In this document: piece after piece, positions 42,439-43,633 of the stretch
Position numbering within the stretch: position 1 is the first letter of the stretch
How the letters are laid out: the number at the start of each line of letters is the position of its first letter
Source of the DNA: an uncultured bacterium
Lineage (GTDB): Bacteria; JAGOEH01
Reading direction: 5' to 3'
DNA: 43,633 nucleotides
Assembly: GCA_964632485.1 (NCBI GenBank)
Contig: CAZWDO010000005.1
Location: forward strand, 208,249-251,881
Made by a program: the position numbers and the translations under genes
The notes under the pieces: model-generated
The model's input: the letters and a program-made list of their open reading frames with translations, nothing else
What the model was told of the DNA's origin: nothing
The model's database searches: none

Positions 42439-43404
42439 ATGAAGTTGTTTTGTGAAAATCGACTCCGGTTTGAGGAAAAGCTCTGGGAGGACAATCCTGA
42501 GTTATTGACCTTAGATAGCATATTAGAACTTCATCAGGATATTTATCTGTTGATTGCCGATGATATTCTCCCAATCCGCCAAAGCGATATTAAGAAGGGG
42601 CGAAATGATTCCCCGACCGTCGAGCAGGTACTCCGGGCCGCATTGTATAAAGAGATTTTCAGACTGGGCTATCGCGAACTGGAATATGCTGAGAAGGATT
42701 CGAAGATTTGCGAGCTGTTTTTAAAGCTGCATCGCCGGAACGTTTTTTCATTTCAGGTATTGCAGAAATACATATCGGCAATTCGACCGGAATCGCTGCG
42801 GCGAGTGATGGTGGAACTCAATCGTATCGCATTGGAGGAATTGAATCTTTCGTCGGATATCATCAAGCGGTTGCGGGTGGACACGACGGTAGTGGAATCG
42901 AATATTCACTATCCGACGGACAACAGTCTGATTTGGGATTGTATCCGGAAGCTGGATGAGAACATGAAGAAACTAAGCCGGCATCTGCAGCAACAGTATC
43001 GCAGTGAATGCAAGCAGGCGAAGAAGAATTTTTTCAAGATCAATGTGGAGAAGAAGCCCCAGAAGCGGAAAGAGACCTTTGAGGATCAGTTGAAATTGTT
43101 TATCTCCTATATGAAGCGCGCGGAGCAGAAACTGCAGGAGATATCTCACTGTAATATCGGATTGATGGATCGGAAAGTGGATCGCTTGAAATCGATTGTT
43201 CAGAGCAAGACGCTGGAAACTCAACTGAAGAAATGGCGGAGCGGCATTGAAGGCGTGATATCGAATATCAAACGACGATTTGAACTGCGTCGAAGCGTCT
43301 GGAAAGGACGGCGGCGGTTCGAGTCCAAGGTGTTCTGGAGTGTGATCGCCTACAACGTCCATGTTATACCGGCCATGCTCTTTAAGCAGATTCAACTGAG
43401 CTGA
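42439..43404 (+). pseudogene. DDE transposase, probably with an in-frame internal deletion
   Basis: KGR...TVEQVLRA N-terminal region, RVDTTVVESNIHYPTD (first D) and WRSGIEGVISNIKR...W.G (E) are present. The central KxxSIFE/FGHK/DGG segment recalled for this family is missing. Confidence 0.7.
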
Positions 43405-43633
43405 TTTAGTTGAATCGGATACATCAATTAGAGGGAGTTGGAGATTGCAGGTGGAAGGTATATCCCAAAATATGAAATCCAAGCGGAATTTGGATGAAAA
43501 CCTGTTTGTTTTAAAAATATAACCACCAGAATCCGTCTGATTTTGATTCTGGCCATACCTCGAAAATTAAAAATCCTTAATTTCAGAGAACCGGAAGTCA
43601 TAGAATTACAAATATTAGATAAGCTGTTATAAA

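Larger units (their letters stand above)
42261..43633 (+). mobile_element. Insertion sequence (IS5-like/ISNCY-type DDE element); right end not seen in the window
   Basis: Abrupt switch to AT-rich DNA at AGAGTCCGTCCATAAATT, followed by a promoter, an RBS and a transposase. No matching inverted repeat found before the window ends. Confidence 0.7.

Noticed and set aside
43526-43552. Hairpin CCAGAATC-N11-GATTCTGG after the transposase
   Set aside because: Not complementary to the putative left IS end and has no U-tract. Not called as an IR or terminator.

Overview
Two-part bacterial window. (1) 1-19,000: lower-GC host genes, all on the minus strand: murJ (partial), trmB, GH13 hydrolase, RmlD-like SDR (apparently with an ATT start), HD-GYP protein, Trm112-family protein, a glycosylation cluster (GT2 fusion, polyprenol-P-mannose synthase-like GT2, YfhO/GT-C, GT4, gmd) and a TetR-MMPL-LolA-like-outer membrane protein operon with a perfect TetR-type operator. 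(2) 19,570-42,275: a GC-richer plus-strand anti-phage island of 12 abutting genes: C5 cytosine MTase, class 1 DISARM (drmD, drmMI, drmA, drmB, drmC) interrupted by rhuM, a Gabija-like OLD nuclease + UvrD pair and a Fic gene, then vsr and an McrB-like GTPase cut off by an IS with an apparently internally deleted transposase. The most unusual signal is a family of 7-bp-periodic tandem arrays (AGGATGA / TCATCCT type). They bracket rhuM as inverted arms, occur as an empty in-frame inverted-repeat element inside drmA, and recur at the fic/drmA junction, suggesting a cargo-cassette mechanism acting on the defence operon. All assignments come from motifs read by eye and recalled family knowledge; no searches were run.
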